Source: Bacteroidales bacterium (GTDB lineage Bacteria; Bacteroidota; Bacteroidia; Bacteroidales; JAOZQN01). From it: DNA of 45,644 bases. Position numbers and translations under genes: made by a program. Below are positions 42,752-45,644 of this stretch, piece by piece. The stretch's first letter is position 1, and every line of letters starts with the position of its first letter. Where the stretch lies: contig JAOZQN010000003.1 of NCBI GenBank assembly GCA_029932195.1, positions 1-45,644 on the forward strand, in the 5' to 3' direction. The notes below the pieces were generated by a model. That model was given only the letters and a program-made list of their open reading frames with translations. It searched no databases and was not told where the DNA came from.

Positions 42752-43125
42752 AGTTTTTGAGTTGTCGTGTTTTTGAGTTATCGTGTTTTGAGTTATCGTG
42801 TTGTGAGTTTTTGAGTTGTCGTGTTTTTGTGTTTTTGAGTTGTGAGTTATCGAGTTATCGTGTTTTGAGTTTTTGAGTTATCGTGTTTTGAGTTGTCGTG
42901 TTATCGAGTTATCGTGTTTTGAGTTATCGTGTTTTGAGTTGTGAGTTGTCGTGTTTTTGAGTTATCATATTTTTGAGTTATTGTGCAATACGCTTTGCGT
43001 AACTAACAACACGATAACTCAAAAAACTAACAACACGATAACTAACAACACGATAACTCAAAAACTCACAACACGATAACTAACAACACGATAACTCAAA
43101 AACTCACAACACGACAACTGAAGAA
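42752..43125. repeat. Giant imperfect palindrome built from degenerate short tandem units (GAGTT(A/G)TCGTGTTTT on the left arm, the complement on the right arm)
   Basis: Roughly 17 GAGTT-initiated units in 42752..42990. Centre TACGCTTTGCGTA (about 42989..43001). About 9-10 complementary AACACGATAACTC-type units in 43002..43125. No ORF. Confidence 0.8.
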
Positions 43126-43131
43126 CTAAAT

Positions 43132-45099
43132 TCAAAACTTAATTCCTATAACAAGAATATCGTCCATTTGTCTAACATCTCCTTTCCATTCTTTGAGTGT
43201 TTGACTTAATTTTTTCCTTTGTTCTTTCATGCTTAAACCGTAAAAGCCAGTAAGCAAGCTTCTTAGGTTTTTTGTCATGAATTTTCGTTTCTTTGGTCCT
43301 CCCATTTGGTCAGGAAAACCATCTGAGTGCATGTATAAAGTTGTTCCCTCACTTGCTATAATTTTTTTATTAACAAATTTAGTTTCACTTTCGTGTTGGA
43401 TATGTCCGCCAATAGAGAAATAATCTCCCTTAACAACTTCTGTTTTGTCTTCTCGGACAACAACTATTTGATGATTTGCCGCAGCCATAATTACTTCTTT
43501 TTTGTTGGTATTAAACCTACACAAAGTCATATCCATGCCATCGGCAGGTGATTGGTCTAAAATGTCTTCAATCCCGTTTGTTTCTATTGTATTCCTATTA
43601 TTGTTTAAAGTTACAATTATTCCTTTGTGTAATCGGAGTAAAATTGTTGCTGGATCAAATTCTTTTTCTTCGTTAATTATTTTATTCAATAAAGTATTTC
43701 CAATCATAGACATAAATGCTCCTGGCACACTGTGTCCTGTGCAATCTACTGCGGCTACAAATTTAAAATCGTCATGTTTTGCATACCAATAAAAATCGCC
43801 ACTAACAATATCTCTTGGCAAATAAAAAATAAATGCTTCGTTAAAATCAGAAAGAATTGCTTGTTGTGAAGGTAGGATAGCTTTTTGTATTCGGCTGGCA
43901 TAATTGATGCTATCCATAATTTGTTTGTTCTGCTTTGCTAATTTTTGTCTATCTTTTTCTATTTTTATATTTTTTGCATACAGTTCTTTATTTTGGCTAT
44001 TTATTTTATCGTTCTTACTAATAAGGTCTTTATTTTGATTATCTATTTTTATATTTTTTGCTTGTAAATCTTTATTTTGATTGTCTATTTTTATATTTTT
44101 GGAGGAGAGTTCATTATTTAATATCCCTAATTTTTTGTTGGCTTTTTTCTTATCAATAAAAAGTTTAAGAACAATCAGCGAAGCCAATAAAATTAAGACA
44201 AAACCTCCAATAAGCGAATAAATAATTGTTTTTTTTGCTTTCAGTTCTGCTTCCTTCTTTTTTACTTTGGCTTTCTCCTCTTTGATTTTTGCTTGTTTTG
44301 CAGCATTCGTCTGATTAAGTAATTCTATTTCAATTTGTTTCTGTTTATTTTCCTCTTCTGTTTTCGCTAAGGAATCTTCCACAAGTTCTAATTTAAATCC
44401 CTGTATTTCTAATCTATATGTTTTTTCTATTGCAACTCTTTTTTGATACTCAGCAGCAAGTTCTTTTTTCTTAATAATCTCATTTTTCTCAAAATCGTTA
44501 AAACTTGAAGTAAGTCTAAAATATTTTTCATAATTTTCGTTGTCTCCAAGTTCTTTGTAGCATGTAGCTATTTTACTCGACGCATTTCGCATCATACGAT
44601 AATTTTTCAATTCCTGTGCAATTGTTAAAACCTCATCGTAATTTTCAATAGCCAAGTCGTATTTTTTTTGGTTAAAAAGCGTGCTTGCATAATTGGATAA
44701 AGCAGCAGAAATCATTTCTCTATTATTACTTTTATAGGCAATATCTAAACTTGCTTTCAGGTATTTTTCTGCTTCGGGATAATTTCCAACCTCGTTGTAG
44801 AGCCTACCAATTTGCTGATTAAAAATTCTGACCGCTGTAGTATTTCCAATCTCTTCACTAATCTGGCTTGCCTCTACATAAAAAGGCAGTGCCTTATTTG
44901 GCATATTGGCATTATTATAAATATCAGCAATTTTTTTTAAGTAGCTTGCTGTCTGGTTTTTATTTGCCTCTGCTTTATATTTTTCCACAGATTGCAAAAA
45001 ACTATTTACATCATTTTCTTGTTTTGTTGTAAGCTCTTGCGAAAATGACATTACCGAAAAAAACAGACTAATAATTAATACGAAATATTTTAACTGCAT
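43132..45099 (-). CDS. TPR repeat, coiled coil, transmembrane helix and PP2C/SpoIIE-family phosphatase domain protein
   Basis: 655 aa. Signal peptide, TPR-like repeats, Lys/Glu coiled coil, TM helix IIYSLIGGFVLILLASLIVL, a 14-aa tandem repeat KNIKIDNQNKDLxA, then the SpoIIE-type SGDFYW...DCTGHSVPGAFMS...DGF.DQ. Confidence 0.8.
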   Translation of the reverse strand: MQLKYFVLIISLFFSVMSFSQELTTKQENDVNSFLQSVEKYKAEANKNQTASYLKKIADIYNNANMPNKALPFYVEASQISEEIGNTTAVRIFNQQIGRLYNEVGNYPEAEKYLKASLDIAYKSNNREMISAALSNYASTLFNQKKYDLAIENYDEVLTIAQELKNYRMMRNASSKIATCYKELGDNENYEKYFRLTSSFNDFEKNEIIKKKELAAEYQKRVAIEKTYRLEIQGFKLELVEDSLAKTEEENKQKQIEIELLNQTNAAKQAKIKEEKAKVKKKEAELKAKKTIIYSLIGGFVLILLASLIVLKLFIDKKKANKKLGILNNELSSKNIKIDNQNKDLQAKNIKIDNQNKDLISKNDKINSQNKELYAKNIKIEKDRQKLAKQNKQIMDSINYASRIQKAILPSQQAILSDFNEAFIFYLPRDIVSGDFYWYAKHDDFKFVAAVDCTGHSVPGAFMSMIGNTLLNKIINEEKEFDPATILLRLHKGIIVTLNNNRNTIETNGIEDILDQSPADGMDMTLCRFNTNKKEVIMAAANHQIVVVREDKTEVVKGDYFSIGGHIQHESETKFVNKKIIASEGTTLYMHSDGFPDQMGGPKKRKFMTKNLRSLLTGFYGLSMKEQRKKLSQTLKEWKGDVRQMDDILVIGIKF

Positions 45100-45644
45100 G
45101 GTTTAATTATTTAAGTAAATGTTTACATTTGCAAAGATAGAAAAATTAATCTATAATAAAAAAGATAAAAAAGATGTTTTTTTTAATTAAATGGAAGTTT
45201 AATTTGAAACACAATAACTATTTAATTATCAGGTAAATGATAGATAGTGAAAAATTATTTACAATAATCTACAAATATTTTTTGACTACGGTTTACAATT
45301 ACTGTAAAATTGGAATTTTTCACACAAATTCTTTTTTAGCCTCAAAAGTGCAACAATTAATAAATATGAGATTATAAAGGGAAAAAAGGGTGTGAAATAG
45401 TATTTATTTTAACAGAAAATAATGGTAAGATAAATGGATTTTAATAAAAGATAAAGACGAAGATTCTTCCCAAGCTGTAGCAGAAATAATTAAAAAAGCA
45501 ACAGATTTTGATATTTCATTTAAGGAATTAGTAAAAAGAGAGTTTAACCCCACCATCTCATTGCGAATAGATGTTTTTAACACTATTTCTTAGTTCTACT
45601 TTACGAAGTTAAGAATAAACGCCAAAGGCGTGATAATCAATAGT

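Noticed and set aside
42752-43125. Possible CRISPR array, because of many short direct repeats
   Set aside because: The units are contiguous and degenerate with no unique spacers. The two halves are reverse complements of each other. No cas genes are present. It is a palindromic tandem-repeat structure, not a CRISPR array.

Overview
AT-rich (by eye, not computed) Bacteroidota-type accessory region. The phylum call rests on T9SS type-A and type-B C-terminal sorting domains, a PorP/SprF gene and TTTG/TAnnTTTG promoter motifs. About 25 genes are present, and all but one giant adhesin locus lie on the minus strand.

Main content:
1. An isolated contractile-injection-system remnant: a gp19-like tail-tube gene plus an AAA+ ATPase. 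A DUF4157 (HEFTHVVQQ) effector-like gene with a tightly coupled partner lies 5 kb away.
2. Two separate ABC/SMC-type ATPase plus small nuclease-like operons. One pairs the ATPase with a 179-aa protein carrying a minimal PD-(D/E)XK motif (11674..13736); this is my best candidate for an undescribed defence system. The other pairs it with a DUF4276/Toprim-like protein (32680..34743).
3. At least five further PD-(D/E)XK-family genes: two DUF1016/YhcG copies (one with an in-frame TAG), one Rpn-like gene, one AAA-ATPase/PDDEXK_9 gene and the mini-nuclease above.
4. Large secreted repeat proteins and T9SS cargo. One roughly 1,960-aa adhesin gene is split by a 180-bp MITE with a 10-bp target duplication.
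5. An unusually dense set of small non-coding repeats:
   - a 221-bp TA-flanked MITE in two identical copies, plus an apparent empty site;
   - an A/B repeat family that carries a Bacteroidota promoter and brackets gene cassettes in inverted orientation;
   - GCGAAGCCAAAAGCC palindromic elements just after stop codons;
   - a roughly 375-bp giant palindrome built from GAGTTATCGTGTTTT units;
   - three TGAAAC-N4-GTTTCA palindromes.

Several genes look decayed: a frameshifted arginine deiminase, a nonsense-mutated DUF1016 gene and a homopolymer-frameshifted small gene. No rRNA, tRNA or CRISPR array was seen. Family names come from motif recognition by eye, and repeat boundaries are approximate (about +/-5 nt).
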